The notes beneath the pieces were generated by a model. It had not been told where the DNA came from, made no database searches, and worked only from the letters and a program-made list of their open reading frames with translations. From Tubiluchus corallicola (Eukaryota; Animalia; Priapulida), in assembly GCA_030141605.1 (NCBI GenBank), contig JAQGDQ010000113.1, positions 186,001 to 250,000 on the forward strand: a stretch of 64,000 nt of DNA, given 5' to 3'. The translations under genes were made by a program, and so were the position numbers. Positions 29,996 to 44,395 of this stretch are shown here, one piece after another (position 1 is the stretch's first letter; each line of letters starts with the position of its first letter).

Positions 29996-32900
29996 ATGAT
30001 AAACATGGACAGCGTAGTATGTTTTACTGTACCAAGACATTCATTTAGTAAGTAATAATGTCATTACTAAAAGATGAGATTTTTATTTGCCCCAGTCAAA
30101 TAATTTTTGCAAAATTGCATTCTTGTAAACGTGATGCTGTCACATTGCATTCATGTTGCCAGCGACCGTTTTGGTTACTATCAGCTCAAGATCTCCTTCA
30201 ATTTAATAATAAATGGCGATCCATGACACAAACCTGACGTGCGGTATTATTATCGAAATATTTTTATTAGGCGACATTACCAGGGCAGGATGAAAGGATT
30301 AATGTCAACTTTGCTCTTTGGACTACTTTGCCTGATTGAAATGAAACAAGAACCGCGCAAAGAGGCAGTAGGTATGAGAATGCTCACCTAGGATTTGTCA
30401 TCTTTTTACTAAGTTAGTTTGAAAAAGCAGATTTTATTTATTTCAGAAGCAATCGCACTATCATTTTCATTTTATTTTAGATTAAATCTTCATTTTAGAA
30501 CAGGGCAGTCTTTATTTTAGAATACCTAATTTAGCTGACGAGGCCCGCTGAGAAAGCTTCAGGAATAAAGATTGCTTTTTCAAATTAAGAAAAATTTCAT
30601 TCAGCTTTTTTATTCAGGCAGCAGATTATTCTTATTTAGGCTTACTCGTTATTTTGAACGATGAACAATTCTTAAGACTATACTATGTAAACAAAGTTAG
30701 ACAGAAATATCTAAGAGCATTAATTAATTATGACTGTGATGGGCAGAATTTTTATAAAAAATTGCGCTTTATTTTTTCCTATTATTTCCCATTGCGATAA
30801 TGAGTTGGAGAAATGAGACGTTGAAGAAATGTGAACTGGTCGGGATATGAAACCGAGACCAGTGATTATGCCAGCATGAGATATTCCCATGCTCAATACC
30901 AACTGAGCTACAAGCCAACGTGTCAGAGCAGGCCTAAGATTTCCTCCTTGTACCTTACAATGAATTGCAATGGTGTGTAAAAATCTGGCAATCACAGTTA
31001 AAATTAATTAGTAATATCGTTAATTGCCCGCTAATTTGGGAAAATATCTAAGAGCTACTGTGCAAAGTTTAACTTACAGAGAAATTTAAGAACTATCAAT
31101 ATACGCGCCTACTCATATATACATTTTTGTTTAAAATACTGTACCTTAAAAGAACAATTAAACAAGAGTGTTAAGGTTCTACCGCTACCTTATTTTTAAG
31201 TGAGACGTGTTTTTAAATGAAACCCTGTTTTTACACGTGACCTGGCTTTCTTGAATCATTAGCCCATTTTATTGATGTCAAATTGATACCATATTTTATT
31301 CAATAGCATTGAATTCAATGCATATTTTATATTATAATGCACGCAGTTATGATAGCAGATGAAGTGGATTACTTAAAGGGTGCTGCATCGCATCTGGAGA
31401 GGCACATAAATCTTGCAATGAATTCATCAGGTGTGAAACTTAGCTCAGTGAGTGCCAGCAGTGTTCTAGTAGCTACAACAGCAGGTAAATGCAATAAAGA
31501 ATAGGAGCTTAAACGCACTATAGATTGAATACTATCAAAAATAAAACAAACAAAACTGTCGATACTTCCGTGTGTCTCTCACTCATATTTTCCTACCATA
31601 CGAAGAGACTAACTTGCTTATACTGGTATTTCATTTGCTGTACACAGTGCAGGTATTTCTGGTACATTCTTTCCAATTTGGAGTAAATAATAAAATTCCT
31701 CATCAATTCTCTTTTGCCTTAGATTTGAAATTAGCTCTCTGGGAGTCAAGAGCTCGTCCCTCCCGCCCCGAATAAAGCGGTTGTGGCTTCTAATTCAGAT
31801 TCTATGCATGCATATAGTTCAATACATATCCAGATGAAATTGGTCATAAGAAAAACAGATTTCCCGTCAGTCACCTAAAGCCAGGGTTTCATGGGGTTCG
31901 CGACTTCGGCGACTTTGCGAAAGTTTTAATGTCCAACAGTCGCCAAAAAAGGTCAAATTTTCTCAAAATAGTCGCAAAAAATGCGTCGCTCAAAAAAGTC
32001 GCAAGCTTCAATAGAAAAATTTAAAACGTTCAGTTTGTCGCAAAACTCGCAATCTCGTCAGTCTTCTCCAAACTGCCTTAAAGTTGTCTGAACATGCGCC
32101 AAACTTGCAAAAAAAATAACACCAATTATATGTGACCTTCGTCAACTATTAGAATATGCAAAATATTGGAGAACATTGAGGCACATTGGCACATTTAAGA
32201 ATGATGCGATAACTTTCAGACTATTTTTCAACATTTGGTGACATTTTGGAGCACATCAGTTGCCCCGCATTTAGTTTTGTTTAGCTTCAACTTTATTTAT
32301 TTATTGTGGATTTACAATATAGACTACGTGTGATACGCGTATCTCCGTGGTGCTAAGTGCAAGGTGCCAATTAAAGAATAATGGGCATCACAAATAATCT
32401 AACACTTCATTTGATAAAAGAGTTGGCTGAATACAATCCCGAGATAATGTTTAAACTTGTATACATGAACAGTTTACAATTAAAGTCACACGCATTAACT
32501 TGTGTGTAACAAAGACATTTTTAATAATTAACATTATGTAACAAATAACAACAGTAGCTTATAACAATATATTTACAAAGCAAATTGGCTGGTTAATCGT
32601 CTAACAGTAAATTTAACAAAGGTTGATATAATAATAAGGTAGATTTAATAAACTGTAGTAATATATTGTGGAGAATGAAGCAATCGAATACATTTCTGTG
32701 TAATATTGCAGTATTATAATATTGGAAAGACGTTAAACATGCGGAAATACGTCGCAAACAAAGCGTGCATATTTCACGCGAACTCCCTAGAGAAACACTC
32801 AAAATTCGCAAATTCGAAAACACGCGAAATGATTTATTACTTCGTACGAATGATCTGTGACAAGGTGACAAAAACTGTCACGGGAATTTTTTGGCGACTA

Positions 32901-35900
32901 TTTTTAAAAAATACAGGCATCACCAACGGTTTGCGAGCCCATGGAACCCTGGCTCAACCTTTTTCAAACTAGACCTACGATTTTACTGAACTTAGCAGGT
33001 GAAAAAAGGAAAAGGCACGCTAATCGTGACCACTCAGGAATTATCCTCAATGTTTATAGTTTTATTTTTACTACGGCTTTTTTATGCCTATTATCAAGTA
33101 TGAAAATCGACGAATTCTTAACAATTTTCAGCCATAAGCACCTGTAAAAGACTTCAAATAACGTAACAGGTGCAACAGACATTTGTCAAATTTATTGGTT
33201 TATAAATCACCAAACTTTTGAAGGTAGAAAACAAATATCAATGCACAGCGCTTCGGCATACTTCGTGTAGTTGGCTTATTGATGGCATTTTCAATAATAC
33301 AACACAATATAAAGTGTATTCATGTCCATCAACTGTGTCAGAACTTAACATAGGGGCCTGTAATAAGTCGATAGTGTATATTTGCAGAGCCAATTTTATA
33401 CAATTTAGCTATTTGCAGATCTATTACAGATGTAGCAATGGGACTGACATTAGTATTGTTACAGTTGCAGCAAAGGGACTTGGTATTATTATTCTTGGAG
33501 AAAACACTAGTAAACATTGTAATCTAGAAGCGCATTATTTGTAAGTAAAATACAAAACATTGTACATTTTTGTACACGTTTTATTAGAGCATATGCAGGA
33601 GGAACTTGAGTGGGAGAGGGAGTTCAGAACGTGAGGGGAAGTTCAGAACGGCCTATTTACACGGTTATATTGAGTGAGATGATCGCGACATAGGGTTGAT
33701 TATATTTGGTAATTTGTTATATACACAGCAGGCGTCTTTCCAAATTTTAATTTTATGTTGTCTTCATATCGACATATGATCGGTATCAGAAATCCCTTGA
33801 TCAGAAAGACACAGTAGGTGCATTAACCTTGGGCTTATCGAGAGCTTTTGATTCCCTCCCTCACGATCTCTTAACAGAAAATTATCAGCCTATGGCCTAT
33901 CTAAAAACAGTACTGTCCTCTTGGCTAGTTACTTGAGAGACCAATAACTGCGAGATAAGTGAAGAAAATATGATAAAATTGCTTGGAGTTAAACTAGATA
34001 AAAATTAATGTTTTAAAGAGCAGGTATAAGACATCTGCAGAAAGGCAGGAAGGCAGATCAATACCTTTGACAATATATCCCATAGTTTGAAACTAAAGAA
34101 AAGCTTAGAGTTTACCTAAGTTTTATTCGCGTCACCTTCGCGTATTGCCCACTTATTTAATTTTTACCTGTTTTTATAATCATTTATTTTAATAGTACGA
34201 CACTTGTGCTTGAATAAAATAAATGATCATTTTTTATACACAGCTCAGTTCATTTACACGCTAAACGGAAAGTAGTTATTTTAAATGTATTTTTTCAAAT
34301 TGTGAATAGGCTTAGATGACGTGTCCTTGTGCTTGCATCTGCAAGCTTTTGGTTGCTTTTATTAGTTTTTATAATGATTGTTGTAATTTTAGTCGGTGAT
34401 AGTAATTTCCGTTTGAACTAGTTTTTTATGTAACTCAAAATCGACTTTAAATACAAAACTACTTACTTACTTACATAATTACATATTTAGACTGTGCATC
34501 AGCATCTCAGGATTCCATAGCTCTGGCAGTTGTCAACCTTCCATGTAAAACGGAAGTATCATCAGGGGAGCATTGCCCAGCTGTGCTGTTTCATCTTCCA
34601 AGTGGTGTTTGTCAGACTCTGCAAGTTGACACATCAGAAATGGATCGTCTGTATCACGAGGCAATAGAAACTGTAATCTCGTATCTCAAAATATCAAACG
34701 CCGTAGTATTTTATGAGGAAAACAATGGTAAAGACATAAAGTAGTAAGAAAAAGAACTGTAACTATAGTTCAGATAGATTACAAATTTTCTATAGCATTA
34801 AATCCACGGTTTGCAACTTTGGTGACTATCTGGAAATTTTTGAGTCCAAACACTTGGTGAACGTCTCCATAAGTTCTCAAAGTAGTCAAAAAGCATGCGA
34901 GGATGTTCGCCATTGTTGTCAAAAAATCGCTGGTTTCGGTGAAAAAATTTAAGATGTAAAGTTTGTTGCCAGAGTTGCAAAATTCGCCAACTCGCTAAAA
35001 CTTCTCCAAGCTGTCGTAAAGTTGTCTGAACGTGCAAATATGTCACCAATTTTTTGTGATGTTCATGGTGCGTGTGCGTCAACAATTTCAAAATTCGCGC
35101 AAACTTGGGAACATTTTGAGACGATTTTGAGAATGCTGCGACGACTTTGTGACTATTTTTCAACATTTTGGCGAATGTTTTTGACACCTCGCTGTCTCAG
35201 AAGTCAGAATATTCTTCAGTTTTTTTGCAATTTCTAAACTGTTGGCGAACGTCATGAATAATTGATGACATCTGTGCGCACGTTTGGCGCATGTTTAGAC
35301 AACTTTACAGTTTGGACAACTTTGACGCGGCGGCAAGTTTCTGAATCGAATTTGCGACATTGTTTTTTCGACTCGTGCGACAAACTCTGAACATTTTAAA
35401 ATTTCCCGACAAAACCAGTGACCTTTTGGTGACAAGGGTGAACACCCTCATGTTTTGGAACTATTTGGGGAACTTTTGGAGCACATTTAGTGATTGTTGG
35501 ACCGAGAAATTTTCGGATAGTTGCCCAAATCGTAAATCCCGCTTTACCAGTGACAAGGTTCTAAATATGACTTTAAAAATTAGTGGTAAAACTAATCTAA
35601 AATTAAAGTACTACAGATACTTTAGCAATCAGAATCTTGAAATAACAATTCTTAATTGATTCATACTTCTAGTTTTCAGTAACATTATGCCCAAAATGTT
35701 TTTTAACCAAAATTTGGTACTAGAACGTTGAGGAATTAATTAGCGTATTACACATGTAGATACTGTTTTGTATGTCAACAGAATGTATCCATCAAAAAGC
35801 ATACGTTTGATTTGATATACTAATTTGTTTAGACCGAAATGTAATTAATAACCGACAGAAAAAAACTGTGCCAGCCAGTAATAATGCCTTTTGCGATCTA

Positions 35901-38900
35901 CATGTAACGTTGCATATCATCGATCTAGGTCTATCATCATCATCATCATCATCATCATCATTATTCTATAATGTGATATCAATGCTGGACGGGAGCCAGC
36001 GAGTCTGCCAGGCATGTTCTTGTCAACTTTTTATTATAACTACAACTTGTTGGGACATAGCAGAAAAAAGTATTAACTTGAAATTTAAAAATACTGAATC
36101 GAAATTTCGAGATACCTAGTCGAAATTTCGCTATTGGCAATTTCAAACTAAATTTCATGCACATTAGCAAACATTTAAAAGTTAATATTTAATAACAGGA
36201 CCAATTCGTAAAAACACATAATATAAATATTCAGAAAGCGATAGAATCATCATTTTATTCCTTTAGCTAATTAACTTTGAATAAACCATCATACATAAAA
36301 ATATTAATAATACGATTTCTGTGTTCAACGACATTTCTGTTTTTTTTATTATAGGAATTAATTTTCTTCCCGGGAATGCGCTTATTAATTTAAAAATGTA
36401 CGAAATTAACTCATCGCTGAACGTTACGAAGCTGTTGGCAACTGCTATGCAACAAAAATGGAGAACAATTATTACAATTGGAAGTGGGCGTCTGCTAGAA
36501 ACTGTATCGAAAAGTGCATGCAAATTTGAGTTTTTACAATTTACCACCTGGTTGTTTGCCAGCACTGTAAGTAATCAAAACCAAGAAATTTTAGGAAGAA
36601 GTACTTAGTGTTGTCACTCAGTTAAATTTTTTTAACGAATTTAATTTGTTTTGAGTTATTTTAATTTAACTTAACTAACTTGAACTACATTAGCATTCTT
36701 GGATAGTTTACATTGTGATTCTTATAGGAAAAGCATCGCTCATAAAAAATACCTGGTGAAATATCGAGTTCACCCCAAACAATGGAGATATTTTACCAGG
36801 AACTTATTCATTTAATTTTTATTTAAATTATATTAATTTTTATTTCAATTAAACTCATTTAATAATGTTAGTGTTTTGAAAGATTGTGTAAAATTTATAC
36901 AGTGCTTCTTCTCATAGGATAATTTCATTCCGAACTGTCAATTCTGTGAGGAAGGCAGTGCTTACTATATTCGACCAACTTTGTTTTCTGTGAGTCAAGA
37001 CAGAAGCAGATATAGTACATTACCAATTCAGGTACATACTCCATATTAAGTTAACACAAGTTTATTCTTAACGACAACAATAGTGAGAATGGATTAAAAA
37101 ATCCCACAATTAAAAAAATAAAAAAAAAGCTGGAAACCGTTTCAAATTGTTAGTCCATAAAACACGCAATTACTAATACTAATTTAAAGAGCTAGAGTGA
37201 CATTTATTTATACTTTAGTGCATAGAAAAAACTGAGAAGACATAGAAGTATAAAATCAGTGTATGGCAAGACACAGAACAGAGTGGGACCCAGCAGAAAC
37301 GAACAAGAAATTGTCCCTTTCTCTTTCCTGAATAAACTAATGATAATTTGAAACTTGGTATTTTTTGTTTCATTGCTCCTCGTTTTTAATTGAGGGACTT
37401 TTTAAAATTTAATTCACCCTGTATAAGTTTGTCGTGTTGCTGTGACATCATGTAATATTTGAGGTTATGAAAACTTATTAAACTGGAAAATAGGTGTTAT
37501 TTAATTTCACTTTATAGCAACTATACTGGAGTAGCAAGATGGTCAGAGTCTCGGAGATCGGACTGCGTTTACTACCAAATGAACTTTCAAGTACTACGAG
37601 ACCACCAGTCGCTCAAGATTGCTGTCTAGACGGTAGCAGTTTCGCATTTTCGCTGGACGTTTACAAGATGACATTCCGTTCCACAGCTTGTACAACAGTA
37701 AGGGTAAGAGCCTGCACAATGCTGCAACTCTGAGTAATAACTTAGAACATAAACTTAGTACTTTTTAATATTTTATGAATAAAAGCAGGTTTACTTACGA
37801 TAATTTACCTTGAAACGGCCGTACAGAACTGCAGAACTACTAAGCAATGTCCACTGGAACTTTTATGCTTGATTAGCCTCTGAGTTGCCACTGCATTATA
37901 TGCATACCTTATTATTATTACTGAGAAGATGTAATAGCAGCAACGTTTAGGTCTATGCTCCTTGACAGCTATGTAAACCAGCAGTAGCGCAACAACAACA
38001 ACAATATCTTTCGCAGCCGTATTAGTTTTAGCAATATGATCAATAATATAGTTACTACAATGTAGCAGTTTTAAATCTCGTGACAAATTATAAAACCAAT
38101 AAAAAACCCTCTTACCCTCGTACATGCTCAGTGGCCTATTCCTAGTTAAGCAAATGCTAGGTCAGTTCCATTGTCAGCAACATTATGTCCTATTTAGCAT
38201 GAATTTGGCTACCGTGATACAGGGCACACACGATGAACAATCAGTCTGCAGCAACTTGCTTGGGAGAAATTTTTACTAATCTGTGGGCTTGTTAAACGTT
38301 ATTTTTTCTTTCACCTGAAGATAAACTACAATGGTAATTTTTATTTGAAACCTGTGTTTTTCTAATTTCTTAATTACGCGATTTTTTCTTCATGCTCTAA
38401 TAGTTAATTCTCTACTTATCGATCGGGTAATGTTTCTTTTTCTTTTTCTTCAAAACTCAAAGTTGGCAACTTTTGGAGGAACAGAAGATGACAGAGCAGC
38501 TTTAGAAGAGGAAAGAAATCTAGACCGTCCACTCATTGTTAGCGTGTTAGAGGTAATGGGCATTTTAATTCTAGTTTATACGAATTAACAATTTAATTTA
38601 AAAGTAAATACTTAGATTTTGTCGTATAAAAGGAAGCAACTGACAAAGTTGGAACTTGCGTCTGAAAATTTCAGGCTAAAATTTTCAATTTTCGTTTTTG
38701 CAGGAGCCTCCGTTCATCTTCAAACGTGCTGCATCCAATGGCACCGTGTATTACTCAGGCTATAGCATAGATGTTTTGAACGAAGTTGCCAAAAGTCTTT
38801 CATTCACTTATGTATTTGTGGAACCAGTAGATAAAGTCTTTGGAACTAAGCAAAAGGATGGAACATGGACTGGTATGATGCGCCAGTTAATCGACGGAGT

Positions 38901-41900
38901 GAGTACAGATTTAGTAATAAAGTTTCAATCTGCGTTTATTGCTGTAACCACAATCTCTTTCCTGTATTATGTGATTTGTCTTGTTCTTTTCATTTGCCGG
39001 GTTTCTACTTTTTGCAGAAAATTGATTTGGCTGCAGCACCACTGAGTGTGACTGCTGACCGAGAGAAATTCGTGGATTTTACGATACCATACTATGATTT
39101 CTCAGGATTCAGCATTGTTATTAAAAAACCAATAGAAACGCCAGATTGGTTTAAATTTGCCAGCGTGTTCACCTGGCAAGTGTATGTGTGTCTCGGAAGT
39201 GCCATTATATGTAAGTAAAAATTCTTTAATAATGTTAAAACATTTAGTTTTCGATTCATTAAACACAATACATCGTGAGAGATAGTAAAGTATTCTATTA
39301 TATATAGTTATTATATCTTTGGTGTTTCGTCTAGGAGTGAACGAAGATTATAATTAAATTATGCTTAAAGCCTTCATTTTTCCAATAAAGTCAGTGGAAA
39401 AGCGACGCACTAAACTTTCCACAGTGAAAAGAAAAAGAATATACATCTAAAAAACTACAATAACACTTATATTTTGTATTTCATTTTATTCCCAAGCACT
39501 AATGGCTATGCAAAAATTGAATTACATAGTTATCAAACAAACGACATTGTGGTAAAATATTTTTCTGGTTATTGTGGTACTGTTATTTTTTATGATACTT
39601 TCATTTTGAAACTTAATAATTAGTCATATCCTTTTTGCGTCCTGTCTGTGTGCTGCGTGCATGCGTGCGTGCATGTGTATGTATAGCAGAAACATGTTTA
39701 TACATTTGCTTACGCATCACGCACAGTGCGAAATTATTGTTGCTCTTCCAGTGGTGGCTCTGGTGATCTTCCTTTTGGATAAATACAGTCCATACAGCTA
39801 TCAGAACAAGTATCCTGACGATAAGACATCTGGAAGGTTATTCACGTTGGCTGAGAGCGTGTGGTTTGCTTGTGGGGCTATAACACTTGTGGGTAAGTTT
39901 AACTGTTTAGTAGTACAGGTGTTACAGGTTATAAGGATTTGAGGCTTGTACACCCTGTCCCCTATACACTTCTCTGACTTAATGTAACGTAGTGCTGACG
40001 GAGTTCCAATTATTCCGCTTCAAGGGCAAGGTTACTGGGAGAAGAAATAGACTGCATCAATACTTTCCTCGGTACCATGTTAATCCACGAGTTTTAAAAC
40101 TTTTATCGAATTTTCAATATCAATCTTTATTCGAAGTAGATGAGTTTTACTGACTCATTCTGCTTGTTAAAATACGGTAAAACACACCAATTTAAAGTGT
40201 TTATAAATGAATCACAGCCAGGTAACATAATAACTAAATGTATGACTTCATCTATTGGCTTGGTCTTTTTGGCGTGTGAGCGTGTGATTTCGCCTATTGC
40301 TCATCTTACCAAATCAATTTTGTCACCTTGAAGGTTCTAGACTGTGGCACGAGAATTTAATAATTTAAAATAAGGAGACTAAGCCAGTAGATCATTTCGT
40401 TTATTCATTTAGTTAGAAGCACATTTAAACTATCAATTAAAACTGGATACTATAGCTTTTCAGAACGTTACACAAAGAATCCTGTAACTGCGTAGAATAA
40501 TTTGAAACTGCACTGATACTTTTAAGCACAATTTCAGAGCGTTTAATAAATGCAAAGCAATAAGAAAAAGATAACTACTAAGATACAAAAATGGAATTTA
40601 TTATTCGAGCAAAACTGGTCACTATCAAGGAAGGCATCTAAAACAAAGAAATTTACATGAAGTTAGAAACAACTTCGAAATACTGTTCAGCAGTTAATAG
40701 CCAAAAGGTGTAAATTATGGTATGGTATTATAATAATTTAACAATTTACCTTACAACCTACATATCTTGATTGCTATGAAACTATTTAACACTCCACAAA
40801 CAAGCAAACCATTATGTTAGTAATGAAAAAACTACCAATTTTAAGGAGCTGCCAATTTGTTACTGCATTCCACAAACCACTGTTGATGTTGTACAAGCTC
40901 AAGTGCACTTCAGCACTAAAGAGTGCACATAAATGCACTTGTTTTTGCAACGTGGAACGTAACTGTTGTTTTACGTCTAACGCTTGCACATAAATGCACT
41001 CATTCTTGCTGTTTAACTTAGCCCCAAAGCGTTTTACGCGTAATGCTTCCACATTTGCAGTATTGCCAAAAAACGGTAATTTTGTCCTTTGGCTATGATT
41101 TTATCTTCAAATGTTGAAGTGCTGGCCCACCTTGGCATCTATGAGATTTTATGTGTCATTCTGCTAGTCTAGATAGTTAATCTAGATGAAAGATGTTCGA
41201 AACCTTTCGGCAATAACTTCCATTTTGATAAACTTACATTTATTTGCCCATAATTCGAAGATTCAAAAGCTATGATAAATGAATTTTATTGTTATTTAGT
41301 TTTCAAAAAAATTAGTTTATATCTCATTCTATCCAGGATCTGGTGAGTCACCGAGAGCAATATCCTCACGTATTTTAGTCGCTGCCTTCTGGTTCTTCTG
41401 TACCATCATGATGGCCAGCTACACTGCAAACCTTGCAGCACTGTTAACCATGTCTAGACTGCAGTTTCCCATTAACTCTATAGAGGACCTCCTCAAGCAG
41501 ACGAATGTTAACTATTCCGCTGTAGCAGAGAACTCCGTGAACGATTATTTCAAGAGGATGGCACAGATTGAGAACAGTTTCTATCACATATGGAGGGAAA
41601 TGAGCTTTCAAGTAGTGTGGCCTTTTCAATTTTTTGATAGTAGATAAACTGAGACGTAGGCATTTTTATGCAAACAGAATTATGTTGTTCTTAATTTCCG
41701 CTGTATTTTTAACAAGATTGGGTATAAGTTTGCTGTATTTCTTTAACAGTTCTAATAATATCATTCTCTTCTTCTTTCGTCTTACCCTTTTTCTGTTCTC
41801 CTCTCTTTCATTTTACCTCTCTTTTTTACTTTCTGCCTCTCCTTCTCTATCTCTCTCTTTCTCTTTCTTTCCCTCTCCTCTCTTTCTGTCTCCGTCTCTC

Positions 41901-42021
41901 TTTTCTTTCGCTCCTTGTATTTCGCTTCCCCTGTTTCTCTCTATATTTCTCTCCCCCTTTCTCTCCCTCCCCCTCTCTTTCTCTCTCGCCCTCTCTCTCT
42001 CCCTCTCTCTCTCTTTTTCTT

Positions 42022-42092
<71 letters not shown>

Positions 42093-42107
42093 GTCTGTCT
42101 GTCTGCG

Positions 42108-42197
<90 letters not shown>

Positions 42198-42214
42198 CCT
42201 ATCTACCTATCTAC

Positions 42215-42287
<73 letters not shown>

Positions 42288-44395
42288 GATCCATCTATCT
42301 ATCTATCTCTCAGTTATCCTACAAACGCTGTTTAAATTACTACTTAATTATTCAACAGCATACAACAGAAGAAACCTACGACGACAGTAAAGCTGTATGG
42401 GAATATCCTCTGGGCCACGCCTACACCTACTTGTGGGAGCAGATGTCAAAAACTGGCTTTGTGAATAGTTCCAGGGAGGGCATGAGACTTGTTAGAGAAT
42501 CCAACTTTGCTTTTTTTCACGACACGCCGATGGCTAAGTGGGAGGAGGCCCGGTCTTGCGACGTTGCAGTGGTCGGTGATGAAATTAGTGCTAAACCTTA
42601 TGCTTTTGCTGTCCAGCAGAACTCACCGCTCAGGGGTGGCATATCAGCAATGTAAGCAAAGAAAAATCAGAAACACGATTACATTGAGATTAATTAAACG
42701 ATTACACATAGGATATTATGACTTTAGATTTAAATGCAGTGTTTTACTCGCATATGCGTGTATGTAATTTATTACTGAAGTATTTTTCCAGTTGGAATAT
42801 GATTGAGCTACCTCGACAGTCTACATAGTTGGTATGAAAAAAAGCTGAGGAAGTGTTTTTTTCTTAATCAGAACTTAAGAAGAGTTGTGAAAACCCTAGG
42901 CATCCAGTGATTACAGTGTAGCTGCTGGATACTTACCACTGTTTCTCATTAGCTAAATTGCAAAGTACAGGTGGCCATGGCTAAAGGTCTTCCATTGCAT
43001 TTGTGACTGATAAAACGAATTTTCTGCCAGTTTCTTTCTATGACAATAAAATATCTCCCTGTCGAGGAGGAACAAATACACTGCTTCTTGAATTGTTTGT
43101 AGTAACTGGCAAATAGGTTAGTGGATACAAAGTTAAGCAACAGTAGCAACAGCTAGTCAATGGGACCACCTAAAAACTGGCTGTAGGCGGATTTATCCGC
43201 CATGCCGCCTGTGCTTTTTTTTATTTGAAAAGGTGTATACAAACAATTATTAGTCTGTTACATATAACGTTAAGGGTCGGAATAGCAGGATATATTTTAA
43301 AGCGGAAGTGAAACCAATCACAGTGTCGCTAACAACAACTTCTCTACTTCAAAAGTGCCAGTAGTAACTTCAAATGTGCTAAAAGTAATTACAGTTGTGC
43401 AAGAAGTGGCTTCAAAAGTGCAAAAAGTGATTCCATGAATGCAAAAAGTAATTTCAATTGAGAAAAAAGCGAAAATTATTTTGAAACTATTCCAAAATGT
43501 TTATAATTGTTTGTCTCTAATTAGTTTCTGCTTTCAGTATATTGGAGTTGCAACGGGAAAGGAAGTTGGAAGAACTTAAGCAGTACTGGTGGAGGAAATC
43601 TTTTCCAGAGCCCAATTGTCCGACAGGTGGCGACACAAGCGGCAGAGTAAAGTTAGAAAGCGTGGCTGGGGTTTTCATAGTAGTCCTGTTCTCAATAGGA
43701 CTAGCTTTTGTAATGCTTGGATTGGAGGCACTCTACCACCAGAGACAAAAGTGCATGGGAAGGAAGTCACAGAACCAAAGGTACCTTTTCTTCTTCTTAT
43801 AATCTAAATGTCAAGAATATTATTAATGATGGCATAAACCTACTATTAATTAAGTTTTGATACGAAATTTGAAAGATAGGAAAACTAAAAAATGGGGCAT
43901 GACAAGATTTGAACCTGGAACCTTCTACCTCAGGAGGCAGACGCCTTGGACCACTACGCCTCTGTATTATGACACCATAAACTGTTTCAAAAGTTTTGGT
44001 AAATCGTGTTAGTGTCTTTGTTATAATTACTAAACATTCGTCGCATCTTGACAATGCTTCAGGAATGAAACATAATTTGGAAAAGTTTCTTAAATTGTAC
44101 GTTTCTTAAAAACGAAATCGCTATTTTCTCTCTTAAAAGTTGATCAACCTCTGCGAATAACCGGTCTCAGGAAGAATTCCGTGTATTGGTTTTCAATTTA
44201 ATGTGAATTTATTCTCAAATCCACTTAACTGATACAATGTATTTTTCTTTTTTCTGCACAACGTGTATCTTGTAAAACAGATGGGAATTAACCGTGAATA
44301 AAACACGGTTATGGTAACAACGTTCAAGGCATTGCCTATTGCAATATTATTTATTTATTTATTGTTTATGTTTTAGGCTGGCTTGGTCAACTTGA
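29996..44395 (+). CDS. IR25a/IR8a-clade ionotropic receptor (co-receptor-like, with ATD), ~795 aa
   Basis: Exons: ~29996-30047 (start uncertain), 31347-31484, 34491-34727, 36355-36566, 36918-37031, 37518-37703, 38463-38552, 38704-38898, 39018-39210, 39752-39892, 41337-41611, 42359-42651, 43538-43780; last exon uncertain (44377-44395, or 44281-44317, or read-through to the stop at 43802). Diagnostic motifs: [36 protein letters not shown], the co-receptor extra loop [57 protein letters not shown]. Confidence 0.92.
30838..30917 (-). mobile_element. tRNA-derived SINE head / tRNA pseudogene
   Basis: Minus strand has TAGCTCAGTTGGTA (A box) ... GGTTTCATATCCC (degenerate B box). Confidence 0.5.
31881..32952. 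mobile_element. Non-autonomous TIR element (~1.07 kb)
   Basis: Terminal inverted repeats CCAGGGTTTCATGGGGTTCGC / GCGAGCCCATGGAACCCTGG; subterminal GTCGC-rich motifs. Confidence 0.75.
33787..34160 (+). pseudogene. Decayed LINE (CR1/L2-like) reverse transcriptase fragment in an intron of the IR gene
   Basis: Translates with stops and frameshifts to [38 protein letters not shown], then [11 protein letters not shown]...DICRKAGR and YLSFIR..FAYCPL. These match RT motifs DLSKAFD and KxLGVxxD, with an internal deletion. Confidence 0.85.
34800..35542. mobile_element. Palindromic non-autonomous element related to 31881-32952
   Basis: Shares ttctccaa-ctg--taaagttgtctgaac with ~32063-32095; imperfect inverted ends (gactatctggaaattt / aaattttcggatagtt) and an internal inverted repeat (aaagttgtctgaac / gtttagacaacttt). 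Confidence 0.65.
41790..42310. repeat. (CT)n/(CTAT)n compound microsatellite
   Basis: Visible directly in the sequence. Confidence 0.95.
43347..43472. repeat. Degenerate 21-bp tandem repeat x6
   Basis: cttcaaaagtgccagtagtaa / cttcaaatgtgctaaaagtaa / ttacagttgtgcaagaagtgg / cttcaaaagtgcaaaaagtga ... Confidence 0.7.
43894..43965 (-). pseudogene. tRNA-Arg(CCT)-like pseudogene / SINE head
   Basis: Minus strand ggcgtagtggtccaaggcgtctgccTCCTGAggtagaaggttccaGGTTCAAATCttg; anticodon and T arms recognisable, acceptor stem does not pair. Confidence 0.5.

Noticed and set aside
30534-30560. CTGACGA...GAAA hammerhead-like core (also a degenerate one at ~41181-41205)
   Set aside because: No convincing stem II or stems I/III.
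33218-33544. 108-aa ORF ending near a GTAAGT donor, considered as an ATD exon
   Set aside because: Phase is incompatible; exon 31347-31484 splices cleanly to 34491 and parallels the structure of gene 2.
38198-38335. Possible extra IR exon between 37703 and 38463
   Set aside because: Stops occur in all compatible frames.
43894-43965. Functional tRNA gene
   Set aside because: Acceptor stem and D arm are defective, so it is listed as a pseudogene/SINE head instead.
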